Shown piece by piece: positions 53,331-64,000 of a stretch of DNA of 64,000 bases. The notes under the pieces were generated by a model. That model had not been told where the DNA came from. It worked only from the letters and a program-made list of their open reading frames with translations, and did no database searches. Location of the stretch: NCBI RefSeq assembly GCF_009914755.1, contig NC_060938.1; one strand, written 5' to 3'. The position numbers and the translations under genes were made by a program. Position 1 is the first letter of the stretch. Every line of letters starts with the position of its first letter. This DNA comes from the human T2T-CHM13v2.0 reference genome, Homo sapiens.

Positions 53331-56300
53331 TGCAGAGAAGGCTCACGAGGACAGCAATACTTCCGCTGAGATGGAAGGGAAAGTGGTGAGGATGAATAAG
53401 GATGTGTGGACGTCAGCCAACTTGCCATCAAAACTCCTTCAAACTTGCCCCCCGGTGGCCAAAATGATTACTTTCTCTAGAATGGTGGTTCGTAACCTTT
53501 GTAGGGTAACGAGCTCTTTGAGAATCTGGTAGAAGCCATGGACCATCTTTCACACATGAATAGTGAGAATGGAATGCTATGTAGGGGGGGTCAAAGACCC
53601 AAGCATCCTAGTTGAAGACTCTTTATATTTTGCAACCAGTTTCTTTCTGTAACTACTTCTACATAAGGAAGATCTTAGTTTCCACTGCTTCATTTTCAGC
53701 TGAGAAAGTGGAAGAAAAATAATCAATGTTATGCAGGAGCATAATGTCCATAAGCTTATGAGAGTCCAAATAATTTTTTTCCACTAGAGAATTTTTTTTC
53801 TTCCCTCTTTTTGTTTTCTCCTTTCCAATACCTTTAAACTTTTTTCTTAGCAGAAATTGGCTTCTACTTAATTCACATAGTGGTTGATTGTTGGTACCAC
53901 AAATTGCATCAGCCTATAAGACTCAGCCTCAGAGTTTTCAGAAAATTTTAAAGATCATATTTTTTTTTCCCAGAGAACATTTGAAAGACTTTTTTTCCAC
54001 AACAGGCATAACTCAATTTCCTTATATTAGTTCTTTTCATTTGACACTAATGATCATGTCTTTTAAATATTACCTAACTGGCTTTTCTTAACACTGTACG
54101 TGACTTTTTTGCCTCCTTCCACTTTTCATATTACTTGTAGGTTTCTGGTTGACAGCTGAGGGGATCTTCTAAGGCTCTTTCCTTAGCTCCCTGCTTTTGT
54201 TTATTTTTTATCCACTGCTTTTCATTCAGTTTATTCTAATAAATATTTATTGAGTGTGGACTATGTTTGATGCACTTACTCATTTTCACAACTGTAAAAA
54301 TCCTTTCTTCATGGGGATTTATGCCTCCAACTTATGCTGCGAGCTCTGTCATGGTAGAGTTACACAATTTCCAGAGCAACCAATCATGTCCCTTTGAGAT
54401 ACATGGTTCTTTTTCCTCTGACTCTTACAATTTGATTCTTCCATATCAATCAGGGGGTCTCATTCATTTTCATTTTCTCAGCCTGGAAGTCTGGGATTTC
54501 TTCAATCTTCAATAATATCTGAAGAGAAAACAAAACAAATCATGAATCCTTAATTATGACTCTGCCGAAAATCCCACAATCTTGCTAGGTTCATAGGTTT
54601 AAAAGCAGTATTTTATTCTATCAGTTGATATTTATTTTCTCTTGTGTCTTTAGCGATTCCCCTTTTAGTACTGGTGTTGTTCTGCGTTCTATTATGTTTT
54701 TTGTATTGTTTCTCTTCCTCTTCCTTTCTTCCTTTTTGCACATTGTATTTGATGTTATTCTGTGCTGCTGGATCTCAAATTGCTCTTCTTATATGCTTTT
54801 GTATAAAAATATTTTATGTGTGGACTGTCCCCAATAGATGTCCATCTTTCTCCTCTTTTGCTCATAGCTCACATGTTGGTTATTTAATGTCATGCATTGG
54901 AATTCTCTAGACAGTATGTAGAATTTCTTTTTTATCCGACTGCTCTTCAATACCAGTTGGTTAAGCTTGGAAAATTTTAGATAGGAAAATTAAAAATCTC
55001 AGTGACATCTGGCTGCAGACCTGCTTGTCATGTACAAGTTTTACAAGTTTTTATAATGTTTACAAGTTTTATGTCACAAGTAAATTTCTCTTCCCCTTCG
55101 TTCTATGATTCTCACTCTTGAGTATGGCAAAGTTGAGGTCAGAATCACACTCTGGACCTTCTAGACCAAACAGATATCCTGGCAGAAAGCACACATATTA
55201 TTGAGGTCCTATTCAGCATGTTAAGGGCTTGATATTCTCAAGAGGGGAGGCCTTGGAAAAGGTGATCAATAGTCAAGAGTCTGGTTCCATCATTCTGTTT
55301 GGCTTTTGGCTTTTCACTAAAACATTTTCTTCATGAGGGTATTTATCATAATACACATATGTTTTTAATGTATCAATCAGGAGGATGTGTGGTCTTGTTT
55401 GTTCTTGATTAAAAAGACTATGTCAAAAAAGAATTATTTCAAAGTTGCAGTAATAATTGGAGCAATAAGATGGTAAGGGGTAATTAAAGGATGCAGCTTT
55501 CTTTTAGAAACAAAAACAAATCTGGTGACCACATGTATTCTTCTTTTCTTCCTTAATGAATATGATGAAACATGTTATAGTGAGACTATGGACATTAGAG
55601 ATACACCAAGTACGTGTTAACGTGTCGGATTTGAGCCCAGGTTCCCACATTAACTATACTCAGGAATTTGTAACTCATAACATTGTAAACTGACTGGTGA
55701 TGTGTACATTTCATACCATTTTGTATCACGGTGATGCCTGGATGTAGTGGTATTGCTAGTGCCCATATCATCCCTTCTCCCTGCCCACCACACACACACA
55801 TTGTAGATGAGAAGTATATTGCTTACCCTTCCCATTTTGAACTCTTGGACTACAAACCATAAATTACCCAGGTATTGCTCTTGAATTATTCCTCTTGAAT
55901 TTAAAGGCTTTCTATTTCCGTGGAATTGGCTTGGAAAACTCAGACCAACTGAGAAGGAGAAATTGTCCTGGGACAAACTGTTTTTACTATATGTCATACT
56001 GTTCTCTTCTTCCTGTAAATATCTTGTTGGGCCTACTGACCAGCAAGGAAAACATAATCCAATGCTTGTGGTCAGTACTGAATGACTTGGCCCTACGTCT
56101 TTGTGTCTTTTAAGAACTGTCCAATGGGTCTGTCATAACACTTCAAACATCTGCTTCTCAGTCCTAGTTTATGCTTTATAAGCCAATTCCCATTGGTTTA
56201 AATAGTTTCTGTGCCTTTAATATGACTGTCTATATGGATTAATAGTAATGAACACAGTGATGTGGTGATAATGACAATTTTCTACTTAGAATTTGGTTAA

Positions 56301-56367
56301 ATTCAATTGAACTTGATAAATGTTCTCTGAAGTCTAGGTTAAGAAAAATAGAGAAATGAATGTGGTA

Positions 56368-56411
56368 GTCTGGCAATCATCTTGCTCATGTCTGGCAATC
56401 ATCTTGCTCAT
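56368..56411 (+). repeat. Perfect 22-bp tandem duplication
   Basis: gtctggcaatcatcttgctcat x2. Confidence 0.97.
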
Positions 56412-56467
56412 TGGGAAAATAAGATGTATAAACCAAAAAAAAAAAAAAAAAAAAAAGAAAAACCAGG

Positions 56468-56779
56468 GGCTAGACATGATGGCTCACACCTGTAATCCCA
56501 GCACTTTGGGAGGCTCAGGTGGGCAGATCATTTGAGGTCAGGAGTTCAAGACCAGCCTGGACAACATGGTGAAACTCCATCTCTACTAAAATACAAAAAT
56601 TAACCTGGCGTAGTGGCACGTGCCTATAGTCTCAGCTACTCAGGAGGCTGAGGCATAAGATTCACTTGAATACAGGAGGCAGAGGTTGCAGTGAGCCGAG
56701 ATCGTGCCACTGGACTTCAGCCTTGGCTACAGAGTGAGAATCCGTCTCAAAAAAAAAAAAAAAGAAAAAAAAGAAAAAA
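56468..56779 (+). mobile_element. AluS, preceded by a separate poly(A) tract (56435-56462)
   Basis: Both arms and A-rich tail. Confidence 0.95.
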
Positions 56780-58254
56780 TCATACTCCGCATGTGGTATA
56801 GGAAATAAATTATATGAGAACAACAAGAATAGGTTGTAAGTATTTAGTAGGTTTGGATTCTTTCTGCAAGCCTTATAGGAAAGATTGGTGGTATATTGCC
56901 ACCGCGCAGATGAGGAATGAATTAGGGGAACACTTATTCTTCAAAACAGAATGCTTTGCCTCCGACCAGTTACTTATGAGGCTACTAGTTACATTGTTTC
57001 TTGCTAAGTATTCTGCTAATTGACTACAGCATATTTTTAACTGTTTAAATTTTTTTTAATTTGAAAACTCATTTAAGAATTAATTGAGGCTAGCATATGC
57101 TTTCATTTGGGATATTTCAAGGTTAATTATCTGACTCATGGAGAATAAATTGCAACATTCTTTTTTATACACCCAGTGTTTGTACTATATTTTATTCTGA
57201 AGAGCTGAAAACACATCTATATCTGTTACCCCATTTAAAGCAGAGAGGTAGGCATTCCCTTTGAGCAGTCTAGAAATGCTCGTATTTTAGAAAACTAGGT
57301 TTCAAAATAACAGGGACACATTTGAGAAATGGTTAATGAAAATCAGGAATTAATACTTTGAGATCACAATGCACAATCAGGAGCAAAGCGTAGGCTTGGC
57401 CAGAGACAGATACAAATGGGATTGCAGCTGTAGTTTTTGTGTCTTTCATTTATACTAGGATCACATTTCTACTTCTGGTATCCCTTAAATCCCCTTGCTT
57501 TATAGACGTAATTTTGCAGCACCATCTCACCTCCATTTCTCCAGGCTTAATGTGCCTGTGGGCCCTGTTTTGTAGAAGTCACCAGTTAGCATCTGCCCCT
57601 CTAGCTATGTACAAATAGTTTTTAGAAGATGTTCTTGACTTCCAAATACGATTCAAATAGCATTCAATTTGAAATGGTTGCTGAATAATATAAACAATTG
57701 AAAGAAAAACCTAAAATCGAACTTGATGGGGAGCAAAATGATGTGTAAAAGTAGGTCTAATGGCACTTTAAAAACAAGTCAACAAAGGTAAGAAGATGTC
57801 AACTCTTTGTTCTGTGTCCCTCTACCCCCCTGTTACAGTCTCAGCCCTCAAGGTGTCACACAGCTATAGGGTTAGAAATCACTTAGACTGCCCCCATTCC
57901 AGGGTACCAGGAGATAATCTCTCCATTCAAGAAAATCAGCTAGTTTGTAGAACAGGTGAAGAAACATAGTTCATGAATGAATATCAACTTTACCCTGCTG
58001 ATTTGTAGTACCCAAAACTTCTCAAACCCATGTGCTTCATCTTACATAACTATTTAATCCTCCACATCCCTCCCTCATTCATTCTCTAGGATATTCTTAA
58101 TAGGAATTAAGGACGTGTGTTCTAAGACTTTAAATGTTGATTCTTTCAAAACTCATGCATCGCCGACTTCATTTATTTAGTTTTAAGTAAAGAACATCTT
58201 GATTATTCCCTCCAAAGTGTGAAGATGAAGGATGAAGAGTCATGTTGCTGGAGT

Positions 58255-58625
58255 GTAAAAATGAACAGAACTCAGGCTCTGATTTCAGATCTTGATATGA
58301 ATTCAGGCTTTCTATGTTGATGTGCCCTTGGACAAGTTACTTAAACTCTCTGAACTCAGTTTTTCCATCTGTAAAATGGAGCTAACACACTACTTCGTAG
58401 AGATAAAGAAAAGCGAAGTATATTAGTGTCTGGAAAATAGTAAATGCTCCAAAAAACAATAGCTAGCATTGCAATAGCACCACCGACAAAAAGGCTTAAG
58501 GATTGCCTACTGTATTCTAAACACTGTCCTAAGAACATTATGTGTGCTATCTCATTTAGTCCTCACAGTGATTTTATGGGCTGTCCATTGACTCCATTTT
58601 ATGAATAAGGCACAAAGAGTTTAAA
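58255..58625. mobile_element. Two MIR fragments in opposite orientation
   Basis: ccttggacaagttacttaaactctctgaactcagtttttccatctgtaaaatgg (+); atctcatttagtcctcacag..ccattttatgaataaggcacaaagag (-). Confidence 0.75.
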
Positions 58626-60189
58626 ATGCCCCATAGTTATTTGCCCCACAGTGAAGCATAGTGTCAAAAACACTATGCTATATTGATTCCAAAGGTCCAC
58701 ACTGAAAGCAGTGTGATTAGACATTTTAGGAAATGGTGCCATTAACAACACTCAGAAACTCAAGAAGATTCTTAGTTCTTTCTCATTGCTCAGCCCATCA
58801 ATTTTCAGTACATACCCTCTGAGCCGACTGATATTTTAACACTGGGGGCATGTATATTCTTTCAGCAAACTGTCTCTTTATAGGAAGTACACTACTTGTC
58901 TTTGTAAAACCTAACAATAGCCAAATCTAATTATTATTCAAGAATTTGTTTAGAATTTTAAAAACAGGCAGAGTGTGACTATTGATTGATACTACAATTT
59001 GAAATGCATCTAGATTTTTGTGCTCATTATTATGCACAAATGACATTTAAATCTATGAGCTGGTATTCTTATCTGCTTCTTTTGTTTAAAAACAAACACA
59101 CCTAGTTTAGAAGTGAAGGCCTAAGGCCATTGAGTATTTATATTTTTTTGCTTATATTTTATTTTCTACTGAAACAGTAGAATTAAGAACACATTTACAA
59201 AGTCAGACCTTTCTGCATTTGGCAGGCAGCTATTTTAATTAGGTAATAATCACAGTTTCTGTTTTTTCAGAATCAACTGGTAGCCTGAGACATTTAAAAT
59301 TTCTTACCATAAAATTTAGATGGGTTAATATTAACATTCATGGTTTTAAAGTTACTAAGCACATAAATATTTTGGTTAAGGTTACAAATAAGGATAATAA
59401 AAGCCCAAAGGAGAACTTTTGTCTAAAAATATACTGAGAAGTTAGATATACTTCCATGAAATTTATTAGTGTATATAGTACATTTTTATTATTAATAATG
59501 TGTACATTTTAACACATAAGCAATTTTTAATTCTCTCTGGAAGTAAAAAAAATTAAAGGTTGATCTGCCTTATTCTTAAACATTCTTGGTAATGTAATCA
59601 ATGAATATTATAATATTATACTATTATACTAGTAATAAATTGATTAACACAATAACCAATTTCTGATATGTAGTGTACTAATGTTAGTTTGCAGTATTTA
59701 GGCCATCATTTCCTTATTTTGACAGGTCATATGTTTAATAATCTTATGTGGCTTATTTTATTTGTAATTATTATTGCTTTTGCTTAGGACTCCTGGAATA
59801 CTTTGTTTCCTAGGAAATGGAAATCCAGGTTCTTAATTACATGCAACTTCTTAATTACAAATGTAAGCGGAGAAGATGTCAGCAGAAGTTAACTTCTCGA
59901 AGAAGAATCCATCATACCGATGTTTTACTGACGTTCCAACTAGTAGAGAAAGGTTCAGCCTGTGATCTCAATTTCTTTGAGAAGAACCCTCTCAATTCTA
60001 CAAGAGCTTGTGTCAATCTAATTTAAATGCTCTTGACGGTCTTAAATTATTGAGAAAAATATAAATCCATGTACTAGATACCTATCCAAACTTAAATATA
60101 TTTTATAATAGGTGAGTGACATATACCCACATGCAAGCAGTATCTGTGCGCCCTTACTGCTGCTAGATTTTATGTTTCAAATTACTTGT

Positions 60190-60490
60190 CTTTTTAATTT
60201 AATTTAATTTTAAAACCAAATTGAGTAAAGTATGATTACATACACTGAAATTCATCCTTTTTAGGTGTACCGTTCAATGAGTCTTGGCCAGTGAATACCA
60301 TCATGTAACCACCATCACGATCAAGATGGCAGGGTGCTTCCATCCCCCCAGGAAGTTCTCTCCTGCCCCCTTGTAGCTAGTGTCCTCCTTCTACCCTCAG
60401 CCCATGGCAACCACTAATTTGTTATCCTTCCCTATAGTTCTTCCTTTTCCAAAATAAATCTTACGTAAATAAAACCATACACTACAAGAG
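60190..60490 (-). mobile_element. L1MB/MC 3'-end fragment
   Basis: tgaaattcatcctttttaggtgtaccgttcaatgag..catgtaaccaccatcacgatcaagat..ggcaaccactaatttg. Confidence 0.8.
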
Positions 60491-60834
60491 GCTTTTTATT
60501 TTTCATCAACAAAAACTAATATAGAAGGCCTTATGGCTGCTTCTGCCTGTGTTGTATTTGTATTCATTTCTTGACTACTTTTGTTGTGGGTGCCAGGACA
60601 GAATAAGAAAGGCAATAATAAAACCAGAAAGGACCGTCTAAGGGGAGTGGAGAAAAGTGATATCAACATGAGAAATGATTGAATGGAACAAATGTATTCT
60701 GTCTACTTGCCCCTGAGAAAAGAAGTAGATGCTTAATTTTTGAAATGTCCATTCAGTGGCATTAGCTTTCCCTCTGTTGTGTTACAATAATGTGATGATA
60801 TTCTCTTGTTCACGTAAAAAGGGGAATTCCTAGC

Positions 60835-61238
60835 TGCTGTGGTCTTAATACAGCCCCCAAAGTTCATGTGTTGGAAACTTAATCCCCAATGCAGCAGTGT
60901 TGGGAGGTGGAGGATTTTGGGAGGTGTTTAGGTCATGAGAACTCCACCCTCATGAATGAATTCATGTCATTATAAAAGGACTTAATGGAGAGAGTTTGTT
61001 TTTTTTCACCCCTTCCGTTCCTTCTGCCATCTGAGGACACAGGGTTTGTCCCCCTCTGAATGATGCAGTAACAAGGCACCATCTTGGAAGCAGAGAGCAG
61101 CCCTCACCAGACACCCAGCTTGCTGGTACCTTGATCTTGGGCTTCCTAACCTTTAGAACTGTGAGAAATAAAAAATTGTTCTTTATAAATTACCCAGTTT
61201 CAGGTATTTTGTTAGAGAAGCACAAACACTTTTATGTA
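60835..61238 (+). mobile_element. MST/MLT1A-type MaLR solo LTR (MSTD-like)
   Basis: cccccaaagttcatgtgttggaaacttaatccccaatgc..ttgatcttgggcttcc..gaactgtgagaaataaa; TSD CTAGC (60830-60834, 61239-61243). Confidence 0.9.
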
Positions 61239-61389
61239 CTAGCCAATGTAGAATTTCAAAATATTTGACTCTTTCAACATTCTGGACCTCTCTAGTTGGA
61301 CGAATTTTTATTTTTTCTGTAATAAAAGGCACTTATCTTCTTTGGACTGTGTCAGAAGAGAGACCGTGAAGCACAACAGAAATGCTGTG

Positions 61390-61570
61390 TTATTAGCTGT
61401 GTGACCTTGAGCATGTCTCTTACTCTCTTTGAGTTTAGTTTACTCTCCTGGAAAATGTGGATTAATAATAATATCTTCTTCATAGGTTGTTGTGAACATT
61501 GAATGAGATAATGCAAATTCTATGCCCTGTGTCTGGGCATAGAAAGCACAGAGAAAATGTTAATATACTT
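61390..61570 (+). mobile_element. MIR
   Basis: ttagctgtgtgaccttgagc..cataggttgttgtgaacattgaatgagataatgc. Confidence 0.8.
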
Positions 61571-61692
61571 TGTTCCTTCTTTTTTAAATATGTAATGCAG
61601 GATAAAAATAGAATATTTAAAAATAATATATGGCTCTTGTTGCTAAATCATAACAGCCATAAAATGATGCAAAATTTTAAAATGTTTACTGA

Positions 61693-61988
61693 TTTTTTTT
61701 TTTTTTTTGAAACATGATCTTGCTCTGTCACCCAGGCTGGAATGCAGTTGTGTGATCACAGCTCACTGTAGCCTCGAACTCCTGGACTCATGGAATCCTC
61801 CAGCCTCAGTCTTCTGAGTAGCTAGGACTACAGGCGCAAGCCACCATGCCCAGATAATTCTTTTATGTTTTGTAGAGATGGGGGTCTTGCTGTGTTGCCC
61901 AGGCTGGTCTCAAACTCCTGGCCTCAAGTGATCCTCCTGCCTTGGCCTCCTAAAGTGGGATTATAGGTGTGAGCCACTGTGCCTGGTC
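61693..61988 (-). mobile_element. AluJ
   Basis: gctcactgtagcctcgaactcctggactca..ggcctcaagtgatcctcctgcc. Confidence 0.93.
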
Positions 61989-62604
61989 AGTAATTTATTT
62001 AGTTAAGATGCAATAAATTAAAAGATGTGGTACTTATCTTTATGGTACATCCACTTTCACAGAAAAGAGGAAAAAAAAACTCTCTTGAAACAATCATAGA
62101 ATGGCTATAAATCAACATAAAAATAAGAATGTGATAATTCAGCACAGAATATATAGCATAAAGCTGAAGAAATGGGGCTAAGATTAGGCATCAGAAACTT
62201 GCCTGCTACAAAAGACTTTTGGATGTTCTATTTGAGTCTCTGAGGAGGAGACTGGCTCAGACCACCATCCAGGCCAGCAAAGAAGTGATAGCATGAGTAG
62301 AGGTGGGCAGGTGGGAATGGTTGAGGACTATAGAAGAACAATGAGGAGATCTAATAACCTACACAGAGGGAGCAATAGAAAAGAAATTGAGGACCTAAGT
62401 AGGAAAGTGAGAAAGGGAAGAGGTGAGGCAGTTAGAAAATGTAATCAATTGATACAAGACTTAAAATAATGCCATAATTGATATACAGTGCTATCTGGAG
62501 CTACTGTGATAGGAACTGTGTGTAAAGAAGACTGCTTACAGCACTGTGCATAGTGGTTCAGACTATGGACACCTGTGGGATGTGTGAAATGTGCACATGT
62601 CACC

Positions 62605-62700
62605 ACTCCTGCCTCCCTCCCCCACTCCTGCCTCCCTCCCCTACTCCTGCCTCCCTCCCCTACTCCTGCCTCCCTCCCCCACTCCTGCCTCCCTCCCCCA
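62605..62700 (+). repeat. 19-bp minisatellite x5 (ACTCCTGCCTCCCTCCCC[C/T])
   Basis: Five consecutive units differing only at the last base. Confidence 0.97.
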
Positions 62701-63929
62701 CAGCAGACATCAACAATCAACTAGGACTCTGATCTCAGATGCAACCTCAGAACCCTTCTCAAGACAGCACTCTTGACCTTCATATTTGATGATCAGAATG
62801 GGCAAAAGATAAAAAGCAACTGCCACCTCAGACTCTTGAGTTAAAATATGTAACAGTTGTTAATGAAGCATCACCTAGTGCGTATGTTTTGCAGCTCTTA
62901 GAGTCACTATGCGGAACTCATTCAGTTGCAAGAACTCCATTAGTATGTTGGCAGAGTCTGTCACAGAAATGCTTTTCAAGGGCATTATTTGAAGTATGAT
63001 ATGACATTGCCTCCCTTAAATATTTCTCAGGCTTTGCAAACTTAGAGGATAACTTTGCCAAATCTTGTAAGTTTTTGTTTCCCATTACTGATTTTTTTTT
63101 CACAAATAGTCATTAAACACTCATTTGTTAAAGGCTTAACACACTCCATTTTTCTGCCAAATTTATATTTGCACCCAAACTATGTTTCAGCAATTCAGAA
63201 TTAAATTAATGCAGTACATCCTATTTATCAATATGGCAGACCAGCTGCTGGAGGACAAGGGATGATTTACACCCGACTGTGAGTCTGTGTGTTTGTCTGT
63301 ACACGTGTGTGTGTGTATATACATCTTGCATAAACCTGTGAGCTCTTCCCTGGTATTTATTTCACACTGGAGAATTCCTGATAAAATAATCCTTTAAATA
63401 TCTTGACATGTGGTTTAAATCATCAAAGAGAAAAAAAAATTGTAAAAGCACATAGAGGGCACCCCAAAACACGTACATCTTACCAGTTAACTCCCTTTGT
63501 AGTCAATGTAAACCATGAGAGACAGTCATTTTGAGTCAGATCCGAACCTAAATATCTATTTTAAAGTATCTTACTAGTTTGAATTATGATAGGTGCTTCA
63601 ATTGAGGGTAATATGGTAAGAGCATTATACTTACATTGTGTGCTTATAATTAGAATATTTTCTGACAAAAGGTCAAAACTATTTTGAATGCCTGTGTTGT
63701 TGCTATGGGATTTGTTTGTCCTAAGGGTTGATAAACAGGAATAAGTAGGACCAATCATTTCAGATGCTTACTGTGTGACATTCCAGGGGTGTGGCATCAC
63801 ACAAAATAATAAGAATTAAATGGCAATTAAATCCAAAGTTCAGGAGTTTGTGGCCACAAAAGATGTTGGTACTTTTAGTGTTTTTGTAGCGCAAACATGA
63901 ACCCACTCAGTGTTGGACCTGGTGGGGCC

Positions 63930-64000
63930 TGGGAGGTAATCTACTAACCTCCTCATTTTACAGATGTGCACACCAAGCATCAGAGAGGGAGGAGGAATTG
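63930..64000 (-). mobile_element. MIR fragment
   Basis: cctcattttacagatg..cagagaggg. Confidence 0.5.

Noticed and set aside
58655-58679. 10-bp hairpin AGCATAGTGT-caaaa-ACACTATGCT
   Set aside because: An isolated short inverted repeat, plausible by chance in 64 kb, with no RNA-gene context.
62605-62700. CRISPR-like array
   Set aside because: Contiguous units with no unique spacers, in eukaryotic context.

Overview
Primate (very likely human) non-coding genomic DNA. It is AT-rich and CpG-depleted, with no CpG island and no credible intact protein-coding gene. The recognisable ORFs in the track are Alu, L1, THE1, Tigger1 or MER44 remnants, and the rest look like chance ORFs. Roughly half of the window is transposable-element debris: about 12 Alu pieces, MIR, L2, CR1/L3, L1M/L1PA fragments, MER5, Charlie, Tigger1, Tigger3 and MER44 DNA transposons, MER50, MLT2, THE1B, MST and MER11 solo LTRs, and a full-length THE1A provirus. 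Family names come from recalled consensus sequences, not from a database search. The most notable structures are: (1) an L1-retrotransposed HERV-W processed pseudogene with two large internal deletions and a G-to-A (Trp-to-stop) hypermutation signature, inside a four-element nested insertion; (2) a three-junction local rearrangement that scrambled a Tigger1/MER11 locus and left a 107-bp duplication; (3) a 35-nt 3'-truncated U2 snRNA retrocopy hidden inside Tigger1; (4) a cluster of overlapping perfect AT-rich inverted repeats; and (5) several short dispersed local duplications that suggest templated repair. I found no evidence for a new multi-gene biological system; the interest here is in genome-evolution mechanisms.
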